Shown in pieces: positions 13,901 through 26,949 of a DNA stretch of 64,000 bases. Within the stretch, counting starts at the first letter, position 1; each line of letters opens with the position of its first letter. Source of the stretch: Cycas panzhihuaensis (taxonomy: Eukaryota > Plantae > Cycadophyta); NCBI GenBank assembly GCA_023213395.1, contig CM041465.1:204793741-204857740 (forward strand), read 5' to 3'. The notes beneath the pieces are model-generated. The model was not told the origin of the DNA. It saw only the letters and a list, made by a program, of their open reading frames with translations, and searched no databases. The translations under genes and the position numbers were made by a program.

Positions 13901-15649
13901 AATAATAGAAGAAGGGTTGTCTACTACTAAAGTAAAAACCAACATAAAAAGAATCAAGAAGTGAGCATTACTAGAATAGAAGTAATATAAGAGTCTATCA
14001 TTACTAAAGAATATCATAAACCAAGTTGGTATAAGGCATTCAACTGAAAAGCTAAATAAAGTTATTGCTAAAACTATAGAATGAAGGAAAAGAATCAAAA
14101 GATTTACTTCATAATATCCTTAATAACATAAATGAGGCCAGAATAAGAAAAAGCAAATTGCTACTATAAAAGGTGAGCAAAAAGGTCAATAATAAAAAGG
14201 GTAAAAGAATCCTATAAAATGGGCTAAGAATAAGGCTTGACTTAGTATATAGATAAGAAGTCCCCAACCCAAAAATAAAGTGATGTTAACTTAATAACTA
14301 AGTAGAAAATAGGAGTCTCTCAAGATTGACTTAATGTCATCATGACCCCTTCAATGATGAGTTGTGTGACTCAATCTAATTTAGGGATAAAGCCAAGGAA
14401 GGGAATTATCTCTAAACTCTCGTATTCTCTTTATGATAATACAATAACTAAATTAGCTCAAAAGGGCTATATAATGTAGCTCAATTGGCTTAAACATATG
14501 ACCCAAGAAAACACAAAGGGAATTAGATGGAAGAGAATACTAAAGTTAAAAATGGTCTGAAAAAAGTTTTATAAAAAGGTTGGCATAAATTGCTACATAA
14601 CCAAAAGTATAGAGGTGCCATCATTCTACCCTAATTTATACATAAACTAAATTTAAATTTTTTTAGAGGAGCTTTAGGATAAAGGTAGGATAACAAATAT
14701 ATAACAAGCATTGTATTCCTAAACAACTATTTAAGAAATAAGAAGAAAGAAGATATTTTATATACAAGGGTAAGTGAAATAAGCTCCTCCCCACTAATGG
14801 TCTTATGATATCTATTAGACTCTACAATGATGAGTTGCATGGAACTTAAGGGAGGGAGTCTAGTTATTAGAAAGATCTAAGTTTTGTACTCAACTCTATT
14901 TAAAAATAATTTAATTCAATAAATACTAACCTAATATAAAATAATGCTATAAGGGTTAAGGGTTTGGGTATAAAACTCTTGACCTAGACAAAAATAAGAT
15001 GGGGGCAATCTAAATGTTGTAAGGCCTAGTAGGACAAAATATGGAGACCTATTCCCAATGAGTCAAATGAGAGAACATAATTTTGCCAATAAAGAAGTGT
15101 CAATGCCTAATAGTCTTTGACAAGTAAAGTCTTTAATATATTTTCTTATAATTCACTCATGAGATATATAGTGGGTATTGGTATCTCTATTCATCCAAAA
15201 TAAAAGCAACCCCCTAATAGTAATGACTAATGTGATCACTATCAAACTTATTTTATAAAACCCATGGCCCTATAATGCCAAATATTTATATGGAGAACTC
15301 AGAGAGGGTGAAACCAAGTAACCTTATACTTACAACTGATATATAAATAGTAATTTAAGAGTCGTAGGAGGTAGTGGGTTCTTCACAAAGGTGTCCAACC
15401 AGTCCTCATGAATGAAGTATGATTCATAAGGGGGGTGTGGGGAGGGGCAGTGACTCTAAGTCATGGGAATTCTTTAACTCATAACTCCTTTTAAGCTTAA
15501 TTAAAGCGGAGGAATTCGAAGATTGTATTCCTCTGATAAAAATATCACTTAGCCTCTCAAGGGAGAAAGCAAACAAACCTAATAAAATGGAAAATCACAT
15601 ACAAGTTTCTATTTACATAAGCCTATAGGGTAAAATGTATTAATGGGCA

Positions 15650-16040
15650 TTAAGCGTCATATTTGCTAGGTAATCTGCTTTGTAATTTTATAAGTGTGAG
15701 ATATGTATAATAGCAAAAGAGCAAAAAATAATGAGTTAGATAGTGAATATAACATAGAGCAGAGGTTTAAATAGGGCTATGCAAAACACAACTACCAATA
15801 ACTTGGCCATTTAATAACTATAAATCAGAGTAAATGGTAATATATTTCATATTCAATGAAATGGAAAATTGCATGGTAGTAATAGTAGCTTCAAAGGAGT
15901 TAATTCATCAATAGCATGACCAAGATATTTTCTAGCAGCTTCAAAGAGACTTTTATTAGAGTCTTGAATAATCCAAGCTGTCACAGATGGACTTGAATTT
16001 CCTAGAAAAGCACCATTAATATAAACTAACGTGATAGTGA
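15650..16040 (-). pseudogene. Archaeal-type RNase H (aRH) domain remnant, probably from a Tat-lineage Ty3/gypsy element
   Basis: Minus strand reads LVYINGAFLGNSSPSVTAWIIQDSNKSLFEAARKYLGHA / FEATITTMQFSISLNMKYITIYSDL*LLNGQV / IIHISH..ADYLANMTL, matching DGAxxGNPG..NNxAEYEA..GDSxLVVxQV..HIPRxxNxxADxLAN. Confidence 0.75.
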
Positions 16041-16746
16041 AAAAGTTAATTTATTAGAGCTATAAAAGCTTTGAATATACAAGCTAATAGAAGAGGATAA
16101 CTTTGAAAATAAAAAGGGCTGAATTAAGGACAAGCTCTTATATATAAAAGAAATGATAAATATCATTGGGAGGTAAAATATTTAATAAATACAAGACGTT
16201 TTCCAGACTTAAACAATAAAACATCAAGGATATAAATATCCTATTGGGTTATACCCTTCAGAAACCATTGAAAATTTTAATACAAATGCAAAGGCATCAT
16301 GCTTGCCTTAAAAGTGGGATCCAAATAACCATTTATAGCTAAAAAATAAAGAATAAGGACAACAACACCTAGGGCAACTTAATTCATTGGAAGAAGATGG
16401 AAAATGCCATTAAGGGAATGTACTCTAAGTGTATAAATGCAAATAGAGAATAAACGAAATATTGGAATGAGTTCTCAAGACTATAAAGCAAATGGAATTT
16501 TTCTTTTTTGAAAGTTTTATAAATGATTTTTTTTTTTTTTTTAAGTTTTATATCTTTTATAGTTTTTAAAAGGAGGCAACATAGTTCACGCTAAAACTTG
16601 ATCCATTATTTATAAAAATAAACTAGTAATATTGATGACAATATATATGTCTAGTAGGTATGAGGCTAATTTCAAAAAGTTACTAAAAAGATAAGAAAGA
16701 AAACAAAAAATATGATGAAAACTATTTACATTTAGGAAATCCTAAT

Positions 16747-16955
16747 TGTTAGAGTATAATGTTTTATCTTAAAATTATAAAAAAGGGGGATAATGTGATC
16801 AACTCCTCATTATACATAATGTAAATTTAATGCTCATCATTAATTATAATTAAACATGTAATGGTTACAAAGTCTTATGTATAAAAAGAGGAATTCCTCA
16901 CATAATAAAGACACTAATTTTTCCCTCCATTAATTAGAGAAGTTAGATTTTAACA
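16747..16955 (+). repeat. 5' LTR of copia B
   Basis: TGTTA...TAACA, followed by TGGTATTAAAG; direct repeat of 36152-36360. Confidence 0.96.
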
Positions 16956-17154
16956 TGGTATTAAAGTAGGCTATAATGCTTGTTTGAAAATTCTAAAGAA
17001 AAGAAGTCAGTCAAATCATGTGAAGGGGAGTAAGTCTCTACTAATCATTCACAAAAGAAGATAAAGATATCAAAAGCCAAAATCTTTTATTGTATATAAT
17101 TATACTAATTAGTGTGGACACATACAAAGTTTTTTTTTTTTAAGTGCTTAAATC

Positions 17155-17196
17155 AACTTGAAATTTTAGTAGTGGAACTTGAAATTTTAGTAGTGG
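17155..17196. repeat. Perfect 21-bp tandem duplication in the leader of B
   Basis: aacttgaaattttagtagtgg x2. Confidence 0.95.
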
Positions 17197-18487
17197 ACTC
17201 ACCTTTATACAGACATCATTTTTTATAATTGTGTTGACTTCATCTAAGAAAGTTTTTAAGGTAAATTTTTTTTTTTTCTCTTTGTGTGGGTTTAAGGAGA
17301 AAATTGATCATACCGATCAAATCAAGTCATCATTGGGTAAATTTGGACTCAATCTTATTAGGTTAATGTTCATCACCTAATATTGTATTGGGAGTGTGCA
17401 CACCACTAGAGCCGTTATGGTAAGTATTAGTTTAATGTTTTGTTTATTTTTTATATTATTTTGAATTCTAGGTTAAGGCAGGCTCCCACCCATCTCCTGA
17501 ATATAAAATCCTTAGGGCTAAAACCCTCTGTGTTCTTTAACACCACTACTATTATAAAATTGTTACCATTTAAGTGATATGGATTGAATACAATATTTTG
17601 AATGTGCATTTACAATATGGCTATGGATTGATCTATGTGTTCACTACTCCGCTTTTGTCTCCTTTACATTCTTCATATGGTATCAGAGCAAATCTAATTG
17701 GTATTTGATTGCACAACTTCTAGCTCTGCATATACTTAGTGAAAGTGCAGCATGTGACTATTCATTGGAATCCTGACAAACTCATCTACTCATTGAAAAA
17801 ACAGTTTGAAATTTCATCCCCTCTGAAAGAAGATCTCTCTCTTAAAATTAGCATTTGTCATTATACAAGCATATCTTTAACATTACCGTGATTTACATTC
17901 TCAGATATTGGTTGTGACTTTAATCTTTGTATAGTTATAGCTTTACGTTTTTGAAGGACACATTCTTTTGCATGCCAAATTATTTTTTGGATTACATTCC
18001 TATGTATCTGCATTTTCATCTATGTGCATCTCTCTATGTTCTCTATTTATGATGCTATGAGCCTTGGGATCTTTATGGATGTTCAATATAATTCAGTTCT
18101 CTTGATCATTCTTTTATGTTTGATTTGGTCTCTATTTGGCCAAGAATCATTTAGATAGCTCTTCGACATCATTTATAATCTAGGGAGATTTGTGCCTAAA
18201 CTGTCAGTATTTATTCAAACCGTTCCAAGGTCTTTTAATGCTTGGGTAGTGGGTGTATTACCGTAAATTTGATTTACAATGTGATTTGCATTGTCCACTA
18301 TGTTTATTTTCTATAGTATTATTTATCACATGATTTACATTACCGTAGCCATACTTCAGACTCGTTGTTAAAGAACTGTTAAGAGGAAAGCACTTAAGAA
18401 CATAAATATCACCTGAATATTGCTCTTGAAAACTACGTGCTACTCGCCCTTGATCTTTGTGCTCCCATAGCACCCCCTATGTAAGTT

Positions 18488-18620
18488 GCATGCTCTTCTC
18501 TTCATCTGCTTTTATCAAATAATTTTGTCGTGGATTGGTAATCAGTGTCTTCAACAAGTCTCTGTTGACGAAGCTTCTATGCTAATAGGTCTACAAGCTT
18601 TTCATCCTATACTTAACTCA
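18488..18620 (-). pseudogene. eIF3j: Captured fragment of eukaryotic translation initiation factor 3 subunit J, antisense inside E
   Basis: Manual translation from 18606 down: DEKLVDLLA*KLRQQRLVEDTDYQSTTKLFDK, then frameshifted KADEEKSM. Matches the plant eIF3j motif DPVAEKLRQQRLVEEADYKSTxELF. Absent from the ORF track. Confidence 0.82.
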
Positions 18621-19855
18621 CATTGGCATCTCTATTCTAGATCTAGAATAATGTTGCAATCATTAGTTGCCGAACTTGTTTTTCCTCTATTTATTCATAT
18701 TTTTTAAAGAAAATATTTTTTTTTCTTATATTTTACCATTGGATCTCATGTCCCCCTGCCGCCCTGTGATTGGTTTTTTATCGTATTTGATCAATCATTA
18801 TTCGAGTTTAATCAAATTTTATCACATATAGGTCACCCATTATTACTCAAGATATTCTTATTGATATATATATATCTCTTTTTTTTTAAGGTTTTATTAA
18901 ATTAAAATTTTCTTTCACGTCCATGTGCATGATTTGAGCTTAGCTCCCTCCTATTAGAAAGTAATATTTTTAGGATAGGTTCATTAGAGAAAGGGGGTAA
19001 TATCATTAAATTATCATTACACTTAATGTAAATGGTTGGTTATGATTAAACCTCATAACAGTTACATAATCTTAATGTATAGAAGGAGAGATTCTTCTCA
19101 TAATCAATGATATACTTTCTTATCCCTTTCAATTGTATTATCTGAATTTAACATGGTATCAAAGTAGGCTCTCTACTTATGAAGAATTAATTCTCTAGAA
19201 ATTAAGAGATCAATCCACTTGAAGAAGCATTGAATCAAGGCTAGTTGAAGAGGGTCAAGACATTCATCAAGTATAAGCATCAGCTAGAGTTTTTTCTTCT
19301 ATGTACAGACCAGAGTATGAAATTGTATGGTTGTATGGACTTCAAAATTTGATATTATCATAATCATACCAAACATACCGGGATTGTAGATCATAGTCTC
19401 TTCATCATTTCTTTCTTCTGCACCAATGTGATTTGAGGCCATTTTGAAGGGGTTTCAACTAGATTTTCATTCGCGTAGGTTTGGAGGCCATTTTCTCAAA
19501 TTTCTCAAAAGATTTACTTAAAATCCAGGTACCAAACATCTCAATCCCTCTCTTAGACTAAATCAAAGAAACTAAATTGTATCTTGTTAAGTTTTTTCTT
19601 GTATTTTTATAATTTTTTCTTCAAATTTCCTAAAACCTTAAGCACATAGATTTAGAGCCTTATTGTGTCATTTCTCTCAGTCTGAAAAGAATTTCAAAAA
19701 ACTATTAGTAGATTTACATACCCATTTGTAAGATCTATAAGTTGAGATTATTTTTTATTATATCTATACACTTTTGATTTCGTACTAAATTCTATACATC
19801 CATCGATATAGCAGTACAGTCTTTGCCTTTAGAAAAAAATCCTTATTCTCTGATC

Positions 19856-22800
19856 ATGGCCTCCTCTATTTTGGAACTTAATAACATTGATAAACTAACT
19901 AGAAATAACTATCATGTCTGGAAGATCAAAATAGAGCTTTCTTATCAGCAAAAAATGCTTAGGAAATTACTATTGGTGTAGAAAATATACCTAAAACTGA
20001 AGGTGATGCTAAAAAAAAAATGGAAGGAAAGAAATGACATTGGAATAATAATCTTAAAAATGTCAGTCTTAGATCATCTTCTGATATATACTAATAAATC
20101 CAATTCTTATTCACAATTTTAGAAAACCTTTGGAAATCTATATGCTCAAAGGAACAAAGCCAAAATCATAACCTTGAAGGAGGAATTATTCAAGTTGACA
20201 ATAAAAGAAACAAAAATAATAACTGATTTTATTCATAAAGTTACTTCAATTTAGAAAGATCTCCTGAGCACTAGTACTAAAATTTCTAAAAAAGAAGTGG
20301 TAGAAATGGTAGCAGGGAAACTTCTAAAAAGTTTTAATGTGATTATCAATACCCTAACTAATACTGGCATGATTGAAGGATTTACTCTTGATGAACTTAC
20401 TGAAATGTTACTAAGATAGGAACAAAGGAACAGGAGATACGAAGATAGCGCTAGGTTGGAAGATGCATTCGTCACTAAGCTAAACATAGGAGGCCCAAGA
20501 GGAGAAGATCGAGTTAGAGGTAGAGCATGAACATAGGATTCCAGACCCATATTGTGTGGAAGGTGGTCAGAGAGTAGAGGACGTGGTCAAATGTATCCCC
20601 CAAGGGATGCTCAAGTTTACTTAAACTATGGTAGAACTAGACATTTTTCAAGTCAGTGTTATGTATTAATGTTTTCTATCATTGTAGGCAGTCAGAACAC
20701 TGCCCCTATCAATGTCCTCAATGAAGAGATGAGATCTAGAGAGGGAAGAGACTTGCTGGAAACTATAGCAAAGAGCAAGTAGAAGAAGAAGAAGAAGAAA
20801 TAGCCTTTGTTACAACCTTGTTAACTAGTCTTTATGAGAAGGACATTTGGTATATTGACTTTAGAGCATCATGGCACATGACAAATAGAGAAGACTAGTT
20901 TGAATCTATTAAAACTTATTCCTTAGAGAAATCAGTCGAATTGTGAGATAAAAACATCCTAAACATCAAGGGAGTAGGTACTATTGCTATGAATCTACAA
21001 GGTTGTGTAAGAAAAAATGGTAATGTACTTCTTATACATGAATTGAAGATGAATCTCCTATCTATTGTGTAGCTAAGCAACAAACACCTAAGAATCACAT
21101 TTGATAAAAAAGGTATATGTTATGTATTGGATATGAAGATTAATGGGGTCGTCATAGCTAAACGGGTAAAATATAATGACCTCTATAAACTGTTGTTCGT
21201 TCTAATTAGACCAAACAATGTAAAGGCACTTTTTATTATAAATCCAAATGATAATAAAGTGTGGCATTCGATGTATGGACATCTCCCATCAAATAAATTA
21301 GAAATCATGAGAAAGAGTAATATAGTTGATGGGCTACCATCTATTTCATTAGAACACTTTATTTGTAAAGGTTATCAATTCGGAAAACAACATCATTCTC
21401 CTTTTAAAATTAATAACTAGTGTGCTCAAGAAAAGCTAGAATTAATACACATAGACTTGTGCAATCCATTAACTCCATTATTTGTAAATGGGTCTAGATA
21501 TTTTTTAACATTCATTGATGACTTCACTAGAAAAGATTGACTGTATTTTATTCACAACAAGTTAGATGTATTTGATACATTTAAAGAATTCAAGGCTGAA
21601 GTAGAATTAGAGTTCAGATATAAAATTAAATGTATCAAATCTGACAATGGTGGCAAATATATTTTGAAAGAGTTCATAGACTACTGCAAAAGAAAAGGTA
21701 TATGAATATAGATAATAACTCCTTATATGCCTCAATCAAACAGGGTTGCAGAGTGAAAAAATAGGACCATTATGGAAATGGCATGTAGTATAATTCACGA
21801 TAAATAACTCTAAAAAACTTATTGGGCTAAAGTAGTAAGTACAGCATGTTATCTTATAAATTGATATCCAACCATAGCATTGCATCAAACAACTCCAAAA
21901 GAAGAATAAACAGGTAGTAAACCTGATGTAAGTAATTTGAAGATTTTCAGTAGTTAAGCATTTGTTCATATACCAAATAAAAATAGAACAAAACTTGATT
22001 CAAAAAGCATTGAATGCATTATAATTGGATATAGCAAAAATTCAAAAGGATAAAATGCATAGATCCCAAAATAAACAAAATCTGTGTAAGTAGAGATGTA
22101 GTCTTCAATGAAGAAATTCCAACAAAGATTAAGTCTTCACTTCAAACAATGGAAGAAATACTAAAAATTGAGCCCCAAAAGGAATCCCTTAATGAAGAGT
22201 CTAGAGTAACAATGGAATCTAACCTAGAAGAGTCAGATTCCTCTCCTCTTATTGAAGAAAGCTAGTTATCAGAAGAAACAAATGTTGAAGCCCCAAGAGA
22301 AAAAAAGGTACCAAAATGGTACATCAATATAATGGAAGAAGGAAAAGGGAATATATATAATCATAGAACTCGAAGCCAGCAACATCAAGCTCTTCTTAAC
22401 AGAATAGAGCCATAATCATTTGAAGAAGCAAATGAAGATGCAAAATGGAGGATAGAAATAGATGCAAAAATAGATGCCATTATCAAAAATCAAACTCGGG
22501 ATGTGATGGAATTACCTCTAAACAAACCAGTCATCAATTGTAGATGGATGTATAAGGTAAATGAAAAATCAGATGGATAAATTGAGAAATTTAAAGCAAT
22601 ACTGGCAGTAAAAGGATACACTTAAATAGCAGGAATTAATTTTGATGAAATATTTTCTCCAATGGGTAAATTGAATATTATTCGAACAGTGATTGCTCTA
22701 GTAGCACAAAATAATTAAAAGATTTACCAATTGGATGTTAAAAGTACCTTTCTAAATGGGGATCTAGAAAAAGAAGTTTATATGCAATAACTAGAAGGCT

Positions 22801-23938
22801 ATATCAAACAAGGATAAAAACATCTAGTGTGTAAACTCAAGAAGGCTCTGTATGGATTAAAACAAGCTCCTAGAGCTTGGTATGCTAAGCTAGACAAACA
22901 TTTACCTCAAAATGGTTTTCATAGGTGTAGTTCTGATTCCAATTTGTATGTAAAAAGAAATAAAGAGAAAATATCAATCATTGTTGTATATGTCGATGAT
23001 ATGATACTCACTAGAGATGACATCATATCAATCTTAGACATAGAAAATCAATTGGAAAAGAACTTTGAAATGATAGATTTGGGCTCCCTAAGTTATTACT
23101 TAGGAAAAAAAGTCAAACAAAATGAAGACTTTGTCATACTGTCTCAAAGTAAGTATATTAAAAACTTGCTCATTAAATTTCAAATGGAGAACTATAATGG
23201 GTGTGTAACTTTAATCGAAGTAGATTGAAACTTGGTTCTAGAAGATGGAGAATTAACTGTGAACAATACTCTCTATAGACAACTAATTAGAAGTTTAATC
23301 TACCTAACTGCCACAAGACTAGATATTTTACACTCAGTAGGATTGTTATCTAGATATATACAGGAACCAAGTGAGACACTGAAAAGTAACCAAAAGGGTA
23401 CTTAGATACCTAAAAGAAACCATAAATCTAAAGCTTATGTTCACCAATGAAAGATTAACACAATTAATTGGATACTATGATTCTGATTGGGCAGGTGACA
23501 AAGAAGACAAAAGATCAACTAGTGGATATTCCTTCTTCTTGGGATCTATATTTATTTCCTAGTATAGTAAAAAATAACTAATCGTTACACTTTCTTTAAT
23601 AGAAACAGAGTACAAGTCAGTAGTTAATGCAACATGTGAAGAACTCTGGCTTAGACAATTACTCATGCACTTGAACCAACAGGAAAAAGGACCAACCATC
23701 TTATTATGTAATAATTAGAGTGTAATAAAATTAGCTAAGAATCTCATTCTACATGTATAAATAAAACATATAGAAGTGCACCATCACTTCATTTAAGAGA
23801 AAATGCAGAATAAGGAAGTCAATCTAGCCTATTGTTCCACAACAAATTAGATTGCAGACATTCTAATAAAATCTCTTAGAAAAGATAGATTCTAATTGCT
23901 TAGCGAAATGATGGGGCTAAAAGAAGATAAAACATTAA
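19856..23938 (+). pseudogene. gag-pol of copia C (many stops and frameshifts)
   Basis: KLTRNNYHVWKIK; WYIDFRASWHM; IHIDLC; CKLKKALYGLKQAPRAWY; VVYVDDM; DSDWAGDKEDKRSTSGY; KHIEVHHHFI. Confidence 0.95.
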
Positions 23939-24600
23939 GAGAGAGTGTTAAAAAGTAATGTTTTATCTTAAGTTTTTAAGGTAAGTTCATTAGAGAAAGG
24001 GAGTAATATCATTAAACCCTCATTACACTTAATGTAAATGGTTGGTTGTGATTAAACCTCATAACGGTTATAGAACCTCAATGTATAAAAGGAGAAGTTC
24101 CTCTCATAATTAATGATATACTTTCTTACCCCTTTTAATTGTATTGTCTAAATTGTTGGAGTGTAATGTCATCACTCAACTCCCTCTTACCTTCCAGGAT
24201 TGTGCACCTCAATTTACACATGTGATGCTAAAACACATGTAGGTAAGTTAAGGTAAGTTAATGTTAATTTAAGTTAGTTTATTTGAGTTAAGTTACATTA
24301 TTTTATTATTAATTTGAATTCAGAGGTTGAGGAGTTTCCCTCCTCTCCCAAAACTATTTATAGTATGGGGTGTACAACCCTGGTGTCTTTAGACACTGCC
24401 TCCTTTGAGGATATTTGTCATGCTCTCAACAACAATGGATTGAAGACAATGCTATCATGCTTTCATAGTTCATTTATGCAACATCGATCTATATTACTAT
24501 ATTGTTACATAGATTTGTATTGAATATTTGATGCAATACTGTTATTTTGAATATATTGAAGTTTATTATATCTTCTGCCTTGTTCTCTTGTAATTATTGT

Positions 24601-24702
24601 TCCATCATTTGGTATTAGAGCAGTTTAGCTACATTCTATTTCCTACATTTGGTATCAGAGCAGTTTGGCTCCATATTTTTTTCCATCATTTGGTATCAGA
24701 GC
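24601..24702 (+). promoter_or_regulatory. Three tandem ~40-bp LTR-end/PBS units (tRNA-iMet primer binding sites)
   Basis: CA-TT-TGGTAT(C/T)AGAGC with the PBS at 24610-24621, 24650-24661 and 24691-24702; the first unit recurs inside the 3' LTR at 30268-30279. Confidence 0.95.
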
Positions 24703-25804
24703 AGACGATTGTTGGCCTGTTAAAGTTTTGAAGAAGAGCAACAGGATTTACTGGCATTCTACAGCAAATTTTCTTATAAGAAAGATATATTAGCTATATT
24801 TATTTTCTGAAAAATTTTTAACAAGTTTTTATATATTTTTCATCAAGATTTGCTTATTATTGAGTTATTTTTGTGATATAACAAGTGTTTTTTCAAATTT
24901 TTCATAGATTTGTATAGATTTATGAAGGATTTCAGTTATAAGCTTTACTTTTTCAAAGATTTGTAAAGGAGATCAATAGCAAGTTACATTTACTCAAGTT
25001 TCTTTCTCAGATTTGAGCTATCTTTCTTCAGATTTATATATTTTACTATACATTTCATCATTTCTTGGCATTTTTTTGTCTACTTATTGAATATTTTCTT
25101 AGATCTATGAAGTTTTTCAGCTGCAAGCAAGACTCATACAAGTTTTCTTCAAGATCTACTACGTTTCACTTCAGATCTGCTACATAGTCTACAGATCTGC
25201 TTATTTTAGTAAGTTTTTCACTATTTTCTGGTATATTTGTTCAGATCTATATTTATTTGGCTATAGATCTGCTATACTCACGTCAGATCTACATTATTCA
25301 GCTTAAGATCTACTTATTTTATCAAGTTTTTAGTATTTTCTGCTACATTTAGTGTAGATCTATTGTATTTCATTTCAGATCTATATTTTTCATTATATTT
25401 TTTACTATATTTTTAAGTTTTTTATATATCTGTAGTTTTTGGGTGCATATTCTACCCACCAAATCAGTTGTTACAGCAGATCTGCCTATATTCAACTTGT
25501 AAGGAAGAAGATTTGTCTATTGGAAGCTTTTGAAGCTTACTTTTTCTGCTGCAAATCAACTATAACCTTTTCTAAGTTCTTCATTTTCTTTTTCAAGATT
25601 TAAATATATGTATATTTTCATATATCTGCAACATATTATCTATTTTTGATATTTTTTTATTCTAAAAAAATTATAAATACATATGCATGCATTCTATTTG
25701 CTTGACTTATTTCTATCAAAATATTTAAAATTTTATGGTTTCATTTGTGCTTCGTTGAATCAACAAAAAGGCTTAACATTTTTTTTCATACTTTTCTTGT
25801 ATAA

Positions 25805-26340
25805 TTTTTTTTTTTTTTGAAAAATTATATTATTTATAAAAAAGGGAGAAATACAACAACTTATTACATATAAATATAGAGCATACAAGGCTTTGTATCC
25901 TAAAGCATAGAATACATAAGTTTTTTGTAATGCACTAGTTGCACAAATTGGAAGGTCATGCAACAAGATTTGAGGGCACCCAAACTGGATTTTTTTGATG
26001 CCAAGAGAAGAGCAGCTTACAGTGCACTTTTATCTTCGAGGTGTACATTTGAAACTCCATTTGTATATTTGAATCTGTAAGACCTCTGTCAGCATATCCA
26101 TCAGTTGATTGTCCCAGTTTCCTATGAATTTCATTAACTTTAAGTGCATGATTCTTGCTCCGAGTACTTATTCTGGTTCTCCCTGCAACTTCATTGTATG
26201 AGCCGTTCTTTTCCTCTTCCAACGTATCTATCTCTTCTGTATTAAATTTAACAGTAGTTTTATTGGTGGATTTCCCACCTTTATGTGAGGGAGCTGTGTC
26301 AATCAACTAACTAGCAACAATAAACAAGGTGAGGACCCAA
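25805..26340 (-). other. Unassigned coding-like fragment, 3' UTR-like segment and poly(A) tract fused downstream of the ATG16 fragment
   Basis: ORF 25956-26306 with no recognised motif; U-rich UTR-like stretch with TGTAATAA/ATAAATAA; T14 at 25805-25818 on the + strand. Confidence 0.55.
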
Positions 26341-26949
26341 TTTATTATCAGTGGAGACAGCAAGACCCAAAATAGAACCTAGGCAACCACGTAATGTACT
26401 GGTCAATGCACCACTATTAATATCCCAAAGTTTAACCTACTGGTCTTGTCCACCACTGATTAGCTGATCATAGTTGTGTCCAAACAATAAAGAACTACAC
26501 CCACTTTCATGGGCAAGTATAATATGTTTTAAAGTTGAAGGAATACTTGATTCCACAAAACTCTCCTCTCCTAACTCACTTCGCCGCACTATGCCATCCA
26601 CTTGCTATCGTGCTAATTCCTCTATTCAGCTAGCTTTAAGTCGATCCATCATATCTTCATACATTGTATTAGCCTCATTCAGACGTTCAGCATCTTTCAT
26701 TTTCAGCAACATCCACCTGTCAATCAACATCTTGTTTTCTACTTCTGCACTGCTTAATTTCCCTGTAAGCCATGCCACCTCCACATGAAGTGCTTGTTTT
26801 TCACTTACAATAAGATTAAAAGTATTTAACTTTTCTTGCAGCTGTGCTTCCAATTGCATAGCCTTGTCCCTAGTTGTATGAAGTTCACTCTTAAACTCAT
26901 TGATGAGAGTATCTTTTTACTGGACAAGTGACTCCAGATTACGAGCTTC
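26341..26949 (-). pseudogene. ATG16: Captured fragment of autophagy-related protein 16 (coiled coil plus first WD40 repeats), antisense inside F
   Basis: One frame, 203 codons, 4 stops: EARNLESLVQ*KDTLINE...ENKMLIDRWMLLKMKDAERLNEAN..LKAS*IEELAR*QVDGIVRRSE..FVESSIPST..AHESGC..SGGQDQ*VKLWD..GCLGSIL..DNK. Diagnostic plant ATG16 motifs. Confidence 0.95.

Noticed and set aside
12600-14350. A-rich, lysine-rich ORF fragments with possible zinc-knuckle traces
   Set aside because: Probably a very old TE ORF, but too decayed to support a call.
24601-24702. CRISPR-like look of the repeated TGGTATCAGAGC with intervening sequence
   Set aside because: The repeat is the tRNA-iMet PBS, the spacers are homologous to each other, there are no cas genes, and the context is eukaryotic.
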